Shown: positions 54,153 to 63,882, counted from the first letter of the stretch. The stretch: DNA of 64,000 bases from Candidatus Nealsonbacteria bacterium (GCA_030601865.1 JAUWAW010000001.1:46433-110432); one strand, 5' to 3'. The notes: generated by a model not told the origin, from the letters alone. A program made the numbers and translations.

Positions 54153-54566
54153 ATGCTAAGTCGCAAACAACTGGGGAAATTTGGTGAAGATATTGCTGTT
54201 AAATATCTCAAAAAGCGCGGCTATAAGATTTTGGCAAGGAATTGGCAAAACAAATGGGGAGAGATTGATATTGTGGCCTCGCCCCCCACCACTTTTCTGC
54301 AAAAAGTGGTGGGGGGTAAAAAGAAAAAAATAATTGTTTTCTGCGAAGTTAAAACAATAGAAAAAAAGCCGGGGTTTAGCCCGGAAGATGAAATTGATTG
54401 GAAAAAAGAAAGGCAGCTTTCAAAAATGGCTCAAATTTATTTATCCAGTAATAAAATTCCTCTGGAAAGCCCTTGGCGGATTGATGTTTTAGCCATAGAA
54501 ATTGACCCTTTCTCTGAAAATCCTTCCATCCGCCACTTTGAAAACGTTATCGAGGATAGTTATTAA
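54153..54566 (+). CDS. yraN: YraN-family (UPF0102) endonuclease-like protein with in-frame hairpin insert
   Basis: GEDIAVKYLKKRGYKILARNW..GEIDIVA...IVFCEVK matches the UPF0102 pattern. There is a 35-nt perfect hairpin at 54282..54316 inside the CDS. Confidence 0.65.
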   Translation: MLSRKQLGKFGEDIAVKYLKKRGYKILARNWQNKWGEIDIVASPPTTFLQKVVGGKKKKIIVFCEVKTIEKKPGFSPEDEIDWKKERQLSKMAQIYLSSNKIPLESPWRIDVLAIEIDPFSENPSIRHFENVIEDSY

Positions 54567-54749
54567 TTTTTTTAAATATATTTTTTATTTCTTCTTTCGC
54601 TTTCAAATCCGTTTCCATTATCGACGTTAAATTGGCAATTGCCGAAGTTCAACTTCGGCAGTTTTTTCAATTTAAAACAATATTATCACACTACAAAATA
54701 AAAAGCTTGTCAAGATTGTCAAAGTTTTTGAAATGGATTACTATTAAAA

Positions 54750-56117
54750 TTGATGAACGGAAATTCCTCAAATGAATTGCCAGACAAGATGCCCCCGCAG
54801 AGCGTGGAGGCGGAGCAATGCCTTTTGGGCTGTTTAATGCTGGACAAAAACGCTGTTATCAAGGTGGCTGATTTTTTAGAGCCACGGGATTTTTATAAAA
54901 GAACGCATCAGCAAATCTATCAAGCTGCTATTGACCTCTTTGAAAAAAGAGAGCCGATTGATGTCTTAAGTTTATCCACTCGCTTAAAAGAAAAAGGAGG
55001 ATTAGATGAAATTGGCGGTAATACTTATTTAACCCAGTTGGTTAATTCTGTGCCTACGGCCAGCAATATTTTAAATTATGCTAAAATTGTGCAGCGCAAA
55101 AGAATTTTGCGTGACCTCATTTCTGCTTCTCAGGAAATAGGCGGGATGGGCTATAAAGAAGCGGATGACGTGGATGAGCTTCTTGACCAGGCGGAAAGAA
55201 GAATTTTCAGTATTGCTCAAAAAAGCTTAAGTCAAAGATTTGTGCTAGTCAAAGATACTTTAGAAGAAGCTTTTGAGAGATTTGATACGCTTTCCAAAGA
55301 AGGAGCCAAGCTGCGAGGCATTCCCACCGGCTTTTCTGACCTTGATAATATTTTAGCCGGCTTGCAAAAATCAGACCTCATAATTTTGGCCTCACGCCCC
55401 AGTTTGGGTAAATCAAGCATGGCCGTGGACATTGCCCGGTATGTGGCCGTGCATGAAAAAATCCCGGTGGGTATATTTAGTTTGGAAATGTCCAACGACC
55501 AGATTGTGGATAGGTTAATTGCAGCTCAAGCCAATGTTGACCTTTGGAGATTGAGAACGGGTCGGCTTTCAAGTGAGGGAGAAAATAATGATTTTGTCAG
55601 AATTCGCAAAGCACTTGATGTTCTTTCCTTAGCCCCTATTTTTATTGACGATGCAGCCACTTCTAATATTTTGCAAATGAGGGCCATGGCCAGAAGATTG
55701 CAGGCAGACCAGGGCTTAGGTTTAATCATTGTTGATTATTTGCAGCTTATGGAACCGAGAAATCCCAATGTCAACATGGTGCAGCAAGTAACTGAAATCT
55801 CTAAGTCCTTGAAAGGGCTGGCCCGAGAACTCCAGATACCGGTTTTAGCCCTCTCGCAATTATCACGTGCTGTTGAACAAAGAACACCCCAGATTCCAAG
55901 ATTATCCGACCTTCGTGAAAGCGGCTCGCTGGAGCAGGATAGCGACGTGGTTTTGTTTATACATCGTGAGGATCGCTACAAGCCCGACACGCCTAGGAAA
56001 AATATCGCTGATATACTTATTGCCAAACACAGGAATGGACCCATCGGCAAAATAGAATTATATTTTGATGAACAAAGGGTCACTTTCCGCAACCTGGAGA
56101 AAAAACAACAAGAGTAA
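54750..56117 (+). CDS. dnaB: Replicative DNA helicase DnaB
   Basis: N-terminal domain (SVEAEQCLLGCLML), Walker A (SRPSLGKSS) and the arginine finger region. Confidence 0.9.
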   Translation: MMNGNSSNELPDKMPPQSVEAEQCLLGCLMLDKNAVIKVADFLEPRDFYKRTHQQIYQAAIDLFEKREPIDVLSLSTRLKEKGGLDEIGGNTYLTQLVNSVPTASNILNYAKIVQRKRILRDLISASQEIGGMGYKEADDVDELLDQAERRIFSIAQKSLSQRFVLVKDTLEEAFERFDTLSKEGAKLRGIPTGFSDLDNILAGLQKSDLIILASRPSLGKSSMAVDIARYVAVHEKIPVGIFSLEMSNDQIVDRLIAAQANVDLWRLRTGRLSSEGENNDFVRIRKALDVLSLAPIFIDDAATSNILQMRAMARRLQADQGLGLIIVDYLQLMEPRNPNVNMVQQVTEISKSLKGLARELQIPVLALSQLSRAVEQRTPQIPRLSDLRESGSLEQDSDVVLFIHREDRYKPDTPRKNIADILIAKHRNGPIGKIELYFDEQRVTFRNLEKKQQE

Positions 56118-56119
56118 AC

Positions 56120-56155
56120 TGTGTCAAAATCCTGCGATCGCAGGATTTTGACACA
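56120..56155. terminator. 36-bp perfect palindrome (family B copy) between dnaB and recR
   Basis: Identical to 51610..51645. Confidence 0.6.
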
Positions 56156-56160
56156 AAATT

Positions 56161-56754
56161 ATGTATCCAAATTCTATTCAAAAACTTATAGATTTGTTCT
56201 CCAAATTTCCCACGGTGGGTCCTCGGACGGCCTCGCGTTTTGTTTTTTATTTAATGTATCTTCCCAAAGAAAAAATTGAAGAACTCGTTCAAGCCATCTC
56301 TAATTTTAAAAACAAGATTAAACTTTGTCAGCTTTGTTTCAATCCCTTGGAAGGCGAAGGAGGCCTTTGCAAAATTTGTTCTGACCCTACCAGAGACAAA
56401 ACCTTGCTCTGTATTGTTGAAAAAGAAACTGATTTGCAAGCCATAGAAAAAATTAAAAAATATAAGGGTCTTTATTTTATTTTGGGAGGCACGGTTTCTA
56501 ATCTGAAACCAGAAGCCCTAAAAAAACTACGGCTCAAAGAATTAGAAGAACGGGTTAAAAGTCCTGAAATCCAGGAAGTTATCCTGGCAACCAATTCTAC
56601 TACCGAGGGTCAAGCCACGGCTTTATATTTACAAAGATTATTAAAACCCTTCAATAAAAAAATCGTCCAACTCGGACGAGGATTACCTATGGGCGGCGAA
56701 TTAGAGTATGCTGATGAAGAAACACTCTCTTCGGCTCTGGAGAGCAGAAGGTAA
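56161..56754 (+). CDS. recR: Recombination protein RecR
   Basis: HhH N-terminus (LIDLFSKFPTVGPRTASRFVFYL), a C4 zinc finger (CQLC...CKIC) and a Toprim domain. Confidence 0.9.
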   Translation: MYPNSIQKLIDLFSKFPTVGPRTASRFVFYLMYLPKEKIEELVQAISNFKNKIKLCQLCFNPLEGEGGLCKICSDPTRDKTLLCIVEKETDLQAIEKIKKYKGLYFILGGTVSNLKPEALKKLRLKELEERVKSPEIQEVILATNSTTEGQATALYLQRLLKPFNKKIVQLGRGLPMGGELEYADEETLSSALESRR

Positions 56755-56756
56755 AA

Positions 56757-56884
56757 CACCAATAACCAAGAAACAATAACCAAACAAATTTCAATAACCA
56801 ATAACCAATTTCCAAACTGTTTGGTTATTGATGTTTGAAGATTGGTTATTGTTTGGTGATTGTATCTTGTATCTTGGTTATTTC
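56757..56884. repeat. About 130-bp AATAACCA/TGGTTATT palindromic element, copy 2, between convergent recR and rplU (overlaps the rplU 3' end)
   Basis: About 85% identical to 15951..16090. Its right arm supplies the last codons of rplU. Confidence 0.7.
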
Positions 56885-57172
56885 TACTTCTGTAAAGGGC
56901 TGTCTATGCCCTGTTTTTTTCTTATACCGTGTTTTAGGTTTGTACTTAAAAACAATTACTTTTTTGCCTTTGCCCTGTTTCAAAACTTTGCCCATAACTT
57001 TGGCTCCTTTAACCAAAGGAGTGCCAATCTCCACTTTTTTATTCTTCTCCACTAATAAAACCTGGTCAAAGATTACTTCTTTGCCCTCTTTCTCCTCTAT
57101 TTTCTCTATTTTGATTTTATCCCCGGGAGCAACAAGATATTGTTTGCCTCCGGTTTTAATGACAGCTAACAT
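56846..57172 (-). CDS. rplU: 50S ribosomal protein L21
   Basis: MLAVIKTGGKQYLVAPGDKIKIEKI...GHRQPFTEVEITKI. Confidence 0.85.
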   Translation of the reverse strand: MLAVIKTGGKQYLVAPGDKIKIEKIEEKEGKEVIFDQVLLVEKNKKVEIGTPLVKGAKVMGKVLKQGKGKKVIVFKYKPKTRYKKKTGHRQPFTEVEITKIQDTITKQ

Positions 57173-57174
57173 AA

Positions 57175-58212
57175 TTATTCTAAACTGGCAGGTCTTTCTA
57201 TTTGTTTAACTTCCATTTTGGACTGGCCGCCAGTTACCTTGAGCACATCTTTATCAATCTTGCCAAATTCTTTGTAAGCATTATTATAGCTGTTTATCGT
57301 GGTACCAAGATGAGTGCCCAGTTTCTCCATATAATTATTGTAGTTTGCCAAGTGGCGGCCGAGCATCTCTACTCTTTTGCGGATTTCCTTGGCCGACTTC
57401 TCAATTTGAAACGCTCTCAAGCCCTGCAAAATTGTCTGTAAATAAGCGTAAAAAGAAGTGGGAGAAACAATATGAACGTGCTTTTCTCGCACTGCATACT
57501 CAATCAAATCCCGGGTGTTGCTTTTAATCGCTCCAATCTTATTAACCAATAAATCATAATAAACTGCTTCAGCTGGAATAAACATAAAAGCAAATCCCAA
57601 AGTGCCTTCCCGGGGTCTGATATACTTGGCTGTTTCTTCAATGCGGTTTTTCAAATCCTGTCTGAAGGTTTTTTCTAATTGTTCTCGTCGGCCCGGGTCT
57701 TTTTCTTCAATAATTCTATTATAATTTTCTAAGGAAAACTTAGAGTCAATGGGAATAATTTTATCTTCTCTAACAAATATGACCGCATCAACAATTTGAC
57801 CGTCTTTAAATTGATACTGCATTTGATACTGACTGGGGCTGAAAACATTTTTTAATAACTCTTCCAAATAATATTCTCCTAAAATGCCACGCTGCTTAGG
57901 ATTTTTTAAGATATTTTCCAAGGACTGCAGCTGCTCAGCAAAACCAACCACTTGCTTGTTGGTTTCATCAAGCTTGGTCAACTTTTCTGTTACATCGCGG
58001 ATAATTTTAGCGCTCTGACTAAATTGCTCTTGGATGGCTTTACCGGATTCAGACAATCTATTATCCAGAACTTGATTAAGATTATTAAGTTGCTGCTGCA
58101 GCATTAACAATGACTGAGTTTCCTTTTCTGGCCTTCTTTTTAATAGCAAAAAAATAACCATGCCCAATCCTATCAAAAGAACCAAAAAAAATATCAAAAA
58201 AAAGTAATCCAT
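57175..58212 (-). CDS. rmuC: DNA recombination protein RmuC
   Basis: N-terminal TM, coiled coil and the RmuC C-terminal domain (GFAFMFIPAEAVYYDLL). Confidence 0.8.
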   Translation of the reverse strand: MDYFFLIFFLVLLIGLGMVIFLLLKRRPEKETQSLLMLQQQLNNLNQVLDNRLSESGKAIQEQFSQSAKIIRDVTEKLTKLDETNKQVVGFAEQLQSLENILKNPKQRGILGEYYLEELLKNVFSPSQYQMQYQFKDGQIVDAVIFVREDKIIPIDSKFSLENYNRIIEEKDPGRREQLEKTFRQDLKNRIEETAKYIRPREGTLGFAFMFIPAEAVYYDLLVNKIGAIKSNTRDLIEYAVREKHVHIVSPTSFYAYLQTILQGLRAFQIEKSAKEIRKRVEMLGRHLANYNNYMEKLGTHLGTTINSYNNAYKEFGKIDKDVLKVTGGQSKMEVKQIERPASLE

Positions 58213-58316
58213 TAGATTACTTTAGCATGAGAAATAAAATGAAGCAAGGAGGGGTGTCAACTCAATACTCCAAGCAAAATCTTCAAATCGTTGCGATCGT
58301 CATAATCTGAAGTATG

Positions 58317-58931
58317 TTATTTTTCCTCCTTTAGTAAGTTAAGTATTTCTTCTGGTCGGTCAACTTTATCAACAGTGAAAATGAAAATATACTTCCTTAG
58401 TCCAGCATCATCTATTTCTTTTATGAAACTGGCAGGAATTGGATATTTACCGACATAGACACTTTTTTGAAGTTGTTGGAACTGCATCAAAAGAAGTTCT
58501 TGACGAATAATCCTTCTCCAATGTTTTCTTTTTTCAGGAATATCAAAAATCACTATTCTTAGTTTTCCGTCCCAAGGTTTTTTTAGAATTAAATATCTGT
58601 TTTCAACATAACTCACAACTTTCTTGCCTTTGTCAGTTAAATGATAAATTTTTTGTTTTGGGTCTTTGCTGATTAAACCATCCTCTATTAAACGATAGAG
58701 GTTTGTCTCTATTGTCTTTTTCTTAAAAGTCAGTTCTTTGTAAGATTTGACACCAAACATCTGCTTCATCAATCCAAAGGCAGGATAAGAGTCGGGCAAT
58801 CCTCTTAAAAAGTCCTTTCCTCCTTCTTTGAGGGAAAACAAAATATAGGAGGCAGCATTCAATCCCTGATTAAATAATCTTTGGGCAAAGTTTCTTTTTT
58901 TAAGTTGAAAAAAATATCTTTTTGTCGGCAT
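58317..58931 (-). CDS. Winged-helix protein with C-terminal Cas2/VapD-like or PaaX_C-like segment (uncertain family)
   Basis: The central LYRLIEDGLISKD...YHLTDKGKKVV is wHTH-like. LRIVIFDIPEKRKHWRRIIRQELLLMQFQQLQKSVYVG resembles the Cas2 beta1-alpha1 signature (hydrophobic strand + RRR..L...G.Q.SV). No CRISPR array nearby. Confidence 0.4.
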   Translation of the reverse strand: MPTKRYFFQLKKRNFAQRLFNQGLNAASYILFSLKEGGKDFLRGLPDSYPAFGLMKQMFGVKSYKELTFKKKTIETNLYRLIEDGLISKDPKQKIYHLTDKGKKVVSYVENRYLILKKPWDGKLRIVIFDIPEKRKHWRRIIRQELLLMQFQQLQKSVYVGKYPIPASFIKEIDDAGLRKYIFIFTVDKVDRPEEILNLLKEEK

Positions 58932-59006
58932 AATAGGTTATTATTACTTCTTCAAATCGTTGCGATCGTCATAAGTTGAAGGAAGGAAAAATTCATTTTA
59001 ATAAAA

Positions 59007-59054
59007 TTTCAACGGCATAAAATCTCAACGGCATAGAATTTCAACGGCAACGAA
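59007..59054. repeat. Three perfect-period 16-bp tandem repeats (TYTCAACGGCAWARAA)
   Basis: tttcaacggcataaaa / tctcaacggcatagaa / tttcaacggcaacgaa. Copies 2-3 overlap the last codons of the cation/Ca antiporter gene. The array lies upstream of the wHTH gene. Confidence 0.6.
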
Positions 59055-59984
59055 AATGATGTAAAGGAAAAGTAAAACCAAGGCTTCTTTTTTGGTGATT
59101 TTTTGGCCGGTGCGAACGATAATTAAGAAAAATATGGCGGCTATGACCAGGAAAATCCGGGCGATAGCAAAAGGAGAAAAGTCCGTAATCTCAATGGGAC
59201 AAATCAAACAAACCACGCCCAAGACCAAGGTGGCAGGCACAATAATAGAACCCATTAGATTTCCCAGGACCATCCAATTCTGACCTCTCTTAGCAGAAAC
59301 AATGGCAAAATAGATTTCGGGTAAGGCATTAACCAAGCCGATGATTAAAATTCCCATTATGGGAATTGATAAGTTAAAGCTCTCAAAAAAATAAATACTG
59401 CTATTAACCAAACCTTCAGCTGCTAAAAACAGAAGGGCTAAAGCTAAAACCATTTTCCCTAAGTCCTTGACAAAGGTCTTAAACTCTCTGATAATTCCTT
59501 CGTCCGCATCTTCATAAACTTTTTTGAATCTTTCTTTTTTAGAAAAAAGCCAAAAAATATAAAGAGTAAAAGCTGAAAGCAAAACTAAGCCATCTCCCCT
59601 GCCCAATTTTCCATCTAAGATTAAAATTAAGGGCAAGATGGCCACCCCGGCGGTAAAAAGAGTGCTGGTCTGAACCATGCGACTGGGGGCAGGGAGAGTG
59701 GCTCCGGCAACCAAAACTGCCAAAGCCACAGCTAAAGTCAAATCAACCACATTCCCTCCCATTATGTCGCCCAAAGAAAGCTGAGGAATCTTATGCAAGG
59801 CAGCATTTATGCCAACAAAAAGATTGGGCAGAGAACCAACCACCGCCATAACAAAGAAAGCCAGCACAAACTCCCGCCAACCCAAATATTTAGCCATTCT
59901 TATTAAAGCGCTGACCAACCACGAGCCCGCACAAAAAAGCATCAGACACGAACCTATGAAAATAAAGATATAAAGCCAAATCAT
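59025..59984 (-). CDS. Sodium/calcium exchanger (CaCA, YrbG-like) membrane protein
   Basis: Two alpha-repeat regions (GSLPNLFVGINAA; GNALPEIYFAIVSA) and about 10 TM. Confidence 0.7.
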   Translation of the reverse strand: MIWLYIFIFIGSCLMLFCAGSWLVSALIRMAKYLGWREFVLAFFVMAVVGSLPNLFVGINAALHKIPQLSLGDIMGGNVVDLTLAVALAVLVAGATLPAPSRMVQTSTLFTAGVAILPLILILDGKLGRGDGLVLLSAFTLYIFWLFSKKERFKKVYEDADEGIIREFKTFVKDLGKMVLALALLFLAAEGLVNSSIYFFESFNLSIPIMGILIIGLVNALPEIYFAIVSAKRGQNWMVLGNLMGSIIVPATLVLGVVCLICPIEITDFSPFAIARIFLVIAAIFFLIIVRTGQKITKKEALVLLFLYIIFVAVEILCR

Positions 59985-62602
59985 ACTGTTTTTTTAGTGA
60001 TGAAAAACCATTTAGTGATTTCAATCAGTAATATATTGAACAATCCCAAGCCGAGAACCAATTGCCAATCAAAAAAGTTCAGGGGCACAGTTTTTAAGAG
60101 TGTTTGTAAAACCGGCAGATAGAGGGCGGCAATGAGGGCAATTACTCCAAAAGTCCAGGCAAAGATTAAAAATTTATTAGAAAAAGGATTTATATGCCAA
60201 AGATTTCTTCTTAAACTTTTGCAAGAGAAAATATAAAACATTGAGTCAATGGTTAAACCAGCAAAGATTATGGATCTAATATGGGGAATTTCATAACCAG
60301 AATACTTTATTAACCAAAAAAATAATCCCAAAAGCAAAATATCAGTTATCAGTCCAATAATAAAAATCAAGGTCTTCATTTCTTTGGTTAAAAGAGGGGT
60401 ATTGTGACCCTGGGGTTTTTGCTTCATTATGTCTTTTTCCTTTGGTTCAAATGCCAAACAAAGACTAAGTGGACCATCTTCAATCAGATTGACCCACAAA
60501 ATTTGGACAGCTAAAATCGGTAAGGGCCAACCTAAAACAAGACTCACCCCAATCAAAATTACCTCGGTAAAACTATCCGAAAGTAAATAGGTAATAACCT
60601 TGCGGATGTTGTCAATAATCACTCTCCCCTCCTCAACTGCCGCCACAATAATATTAAAATTATCAGTCAGCAGAACCAAATCAGAAACCTCTTTGGCCAC
60701 ATCTGTGCCTGAGCCCAGGGCCACGCCAATGTCGGCTTTCTTTAAAGCCGGAGCATCATTGATGCCGTCTCCGGTCATAGCCACCACCTCTCCTCTCGCC
60801 TGCCAGGCCTCAATAATCCTCATTTTGTGCTGAGGTTCAGCTCGAGCGTAAATCTCAATATGTTTTACTTTCTTTTGGAACTCCTCGTCTGACATTGCAT
60901 CCAGGTCCTTGCCCTCAATAATGTTTTCTTTTTTTGTTCTCAAGCCAATTTCTTTAGCCACGGCTTTAGCCGTAAGCAGATGGTCGCCAGTAACTAAAAT
61001 AGGTCTCATGCCTGCTTTTCGGCAAAGATTGATTGCTTCTTTGGCTTCTTTTCGCAAAGGGTCTCTCAATCCAATAAAACCAACAAAGGTTAAATTGTTA
61101 ACTGCCAATTTTTTTGTTTTTTTGTAAGCCACGGCTATCACCCTTAATCCTTGGCTGGTTAAATCCTCCAATTTTTTAAATAATTCTGTCTCCTTTTTTT
61201 TAGTTAATTTGGAAAGGGAAAGAATTTTTTCTGGAGCTCCACAAATATAAAGAATATTGCCTTGCTTTCCTTGGTACAAGGTAGCGATAAATTTATTCTG
61301 AGGATTAAAAGGAATTTCATCAATTTTGGGAAATTCTTCTTCCAAATCTGGTTTTCTTATTCCTATCTCTGCCCCGGCCAAAATCAAGGCTCTGTCAGTT
61401 GGTCTACCCCTAACCTTCCATAAGGGATAGGGTTTTTGAGGATTCTCAATAAAGGCTTCGTTACAAAGAACGGCAATGGTTACGGCTAAAACTTGGTCTG
61501 GGTCTTTTTTAGTTTTAAAAACTTCCGGCCATTTCTTTTTTTCCTCCTCCGCAATCTCTTTTCTTAGAGTTGAGGTTTTAGCCACAACCATTTTGCCTTC
61601 TGTTAAGGTTAAGGTTTTGTCGGTGCAAATTGTTGAAGTGCTGCCCAGGGTTTCCGCGGCCACCAATTTTCTGACCAGACCCTTCTTCTTTAAAATCCTT
61701 TCCATGCCCAAGGCTAAAATAACGGTCATGGCCACGGGCAGGCCTTCGGGGATGGCCGCTACTGCCACGGCCACCGCGGTTTCAAACATTTCCAAGAATT
61801 TCCTTTCCCTTAAGAGCCCTCCTAAAAAAATTAAAATACAAACCAAGGCAATGACCACCCCAATTATTTTACTGAGCCGAGCTAATCTCTTTTGAAGAGG
61901 AGTTTTTTCTTCTTTGGTCTCTTTAACTAAAATGGCGACTTTACCTATTTCGGTACCACACCCAATAGCCGTCACCACTGCCTTGGCTTTCCCATCTTGC
62001 ACCAAACATCCCATATAGACCATATTATCCCGGTCAGCTACGGGAGTGTTCTTTGGTAAAATTTTGAGCGTTTTTTGTGCTGCCAGCCACTCTCCGGTCA
62101 AAGGGGCCTCGTTTATTTTTAAATCACGACTCTCAAGCAATCTTGCATCAGCCGGAACCTTGTTTCCGGCAGAGAGCATGATAATATCGCCTTTAACCAG
62201 CGCCTTGGAACCAATTTCTTTCTGATGGCCATCTCTAATGACTTGGGCTTCAATCTTAACTACTTTCTTCAGTTTTCTTAAAGCACCAGTGGCTTTATTT
62301 TCCTGCCAAAAACCAACCACAGTGTTTAAAACCACAGCCCCAAAAATAACAATGGCATCGGTAAATTTTTGAAAAAGTAAAACTATTATTCCTGCCACCA
62401 CCAAAATATAAATCAAAGGACTCTTGAACTGGGTCAAAAATATTCTTAGTTTTGACAAGGGTTTTTCTTCAGGAAGAACATTGGAACCTGACTTTTTTCT
62501 TCTCTCCCTTACTTCGTCCTCAGTTAAACCCTGCTCAATGTCTGAGTTTAATAACTTTAATACTTTTTGCCTTGAAAGACTGTGCCAACTATTGTTAGCC
62601 AT
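59981..62602 (-). CDS. Cation-transporting P-type ATPase (P2-type, Ca2+-ATPase-like)
   Basis: TGES-type actuator region, phosphorylation site ICTDKTLTLT (an unusual variant of DKTGTLT), the hinge MTGDGINDAPALKKADIGVA and 10 TM. Confidence 0.85.
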   Translation of the reverse strand: MANNSWHSLSRQKVLKLLNSDIEQGLTEDEVRERRKKSGSNVLPEEKPLSKLRIFLTQFKSPLIYILVVAGIIVLLFQKFTDAIVIFGAVVLNTVVGFWQENKATGALRKLKKVVKIEAQVIRDGHQKEIGSKALVKGDIIMLSAGNKVPADARLLESRDLKINEAPLTGEWLAAQKTLKILPKNTPVADRDNMVYMGCLVQDGKAKAVVTAIGCGTEIGKVAILVKETKEEKTPLQKRLARLSKIIGVVIALVCILIFLGGLLRERKFLEMFETAVAVAVAAIPEGLPVAMTVILALGMERILKKKGLVRKLVAAETLGSTSTICTDKTLTLTEGKMVVAKTSTLRKEIAEEEKKKWPEVFKTKKDPDQVLAVTIAVLCNEAFIENPQKPYPLWKVRGRPTDRALILAGAEIGIRKPDLEEEFPKIDEIPFNPQNKFIATLYQGKQGNILYICGAPEKILSLSKLTKKKETELFKKLEDLTSQGLRVIAVAYKKTKKLAVNNLTFVGFIGLRDPLRKEAKEAINLCRKAGMRPILVTGDHLLTAKAVAKEIGLRTKKENIIEGKDLDAMSDEEFQKKVKHIEIYARAEPQHKMRIIEAWQARGEVVAMTGDGINDAPALKKADIGVALGSGTDVAKEVSDLVLLTDNFNIIVAAVEEGRVIIDNIRKVITYLLSDSFTEVILIGVSLVLGWPLPILAVQILWVNLIEDGPLSLCLAFEPKEKDIMKQKPQGHNTPLLTKEMKTLIFIIGLITDILLLGLFFWLIKYSGYEIPHIRSIIFAGLTIDSMFYIFSCKSLRRNLWHINPFSNKFLIFAWTFGVIALIAALYLPVLQTLLKTVPLNFFDWQLVLGLGLFNILLIEITKWFFITKKTV

Positions 62603-62703
62603 ATTACTTTTATTTTAACATTTTAACAAAAATTAACAAAAAAATTGGCTATCTCCAAGCCAATCAAAAAAAACAAACTGTAACAAAATCAAATTTCTTT
62701 TAT

Positions 62704-62828
62704 TTCAAGAATATATGTTTATACATTAGCGAATCAAGGTTCTTGAGCGAAGCGAGAGGTTCTTAATTCAAGAATATGTGATTATTCCTTAGCGAATCAA
62801 GGTTCTCGAGCGAAGCGAGAGGTTCTTA
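62704..62828. promoter_or_regulatory. Two tandem copies of repeat family F (62704..62766 and 62765..62828) upstream of the P-type ATPase gene, overlapping the murF 3' end
   Basis: Same family as 16651..16720 and 16923..16993. Confidence 0.45.
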
Positions 62829-63873
62829 ATTCTTCCACTATCTTGGACATCTCCATTTCTTGGGAGCCGTCGATGAGGATGAGGTCGCCTTGCCTAAGTT
62901 CTTTTTGCAGGGCCAGGCCGGCCTCTTCCGGCTGCATAAACTGGAAAACTTTTCCTTGGCTCATCCCCTGTATGATAGCTCCTTGAGTAATAAACTTGGC
63001 GCGCGCGCCTACTGTAAAAAGCAAATCGCAAGACCCGGCTACTTTCTCACCAATGGCCTCATGTGACTGAGTGGTATATTTGCCAATGCCCAAAACATCG
63101 CCCAAAACAGCAATTTTTCTGCCAGAAGCAGGGATTTTTCCTAAAATTCCCAGAGCCTCAACCATAGAAAAAGGGTTGGCATTGGCACTATCATCTAAAA
63201 TTTGGGAATTTTTTATCCCCTTAATTAGTCGCATCTTGCCGGGAAGGGATTGATAAAACCTGAGGGTCTGAGAGAGTTTCACTAAATTAATATCTAAGAC
63301 CATTCCCACAGCAGTAGCTGCCAGCACGCTATACATCTGTTTTTTGCCAAAAAGATTCTCCAGCCAAATCGGAACAATATTTCCTTTATAATTGAGTTTA
63401 AAATTTGTTCCCTTTTCACTTATATGAATATCACTTGCTTGAAAATCTGTTGCTTCAGAAAGGCCAAAAGTTAAAGCAGGGGTTTTGCTCTCATCCTTTA
63501 TCTCCCTGACCGTCTCATCATCAGCATTCAAAACCAAATGTGCTCGCCTCGCCGAAAACGGCGAGGCGAGGCGGGCCTGCTTTGGCAAAACTTTAGCCAA
63601 CTCTATTACCCTGACCACATCTTTTTTCTCCCCAGCAAACAAAACCTCATCAGCAGGTATCTCGCCTACGGCAGTAATCACTAAAATAGTTTTTCTTGCT
63701 TTTTTCACAAAAAAAAGGTCAGGAATGCCTTCTAAAATTAAAAATTTTGTTTTGCCAAAGTGCTTTTTTAGAACTTGAAAAATCGCCTCAGCCGCACAAG
63801 CCCGACCCTTGCCAGTGACAACGATTAGTATGGGACGTTTAATAAGAAATAAAAGTTTGGTGAGAAAACTCAT
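62797..63873 (-). CDS. murF: Mur ligase family protein, MurF-like (short form) with in-frame GC-rich hairpin insert
   Basis: DDSANANPFSMVEALGIL matches the MurF DDSYNANP motif, with a Mur ligase middle and C-terminal domain pattern. A 28-nt perfect hairpin lies at 63543..63570. Confidence 0.65.
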   Translation of the reverse strand: MSFLTKLLFLIKRPILIVVTGKGRACAAEAIFQVLKKHFGKTKFLILEGIPDLFFVKKARKTILVITAVGEIPADEVLFAGEKKDVVRVIELAKVLPKQARLASPFSARRAHLVLNADDETVREIKDESKTPALTFGLSEATDFQASDIHISEKGTNFKLNYKGNIVPIWLENLFGKKQMYSVLAATAVGMVLDINLVKLSQTLRFYQSLPGKMRLIKGIKNSQILDDSANANPFSMVEALGILGKIPASGRKIAVLGDVLGIGKYTTQSHEAIGEKVAGSCDLLFTVGARAKFITQGAIIQGMSQGKVFQFMQPEEAGLALQKELRQGDLILIDGSQEMEMSKIVEELRTSRFAREP

Positions 63874-63882
63874 ATGTATATT

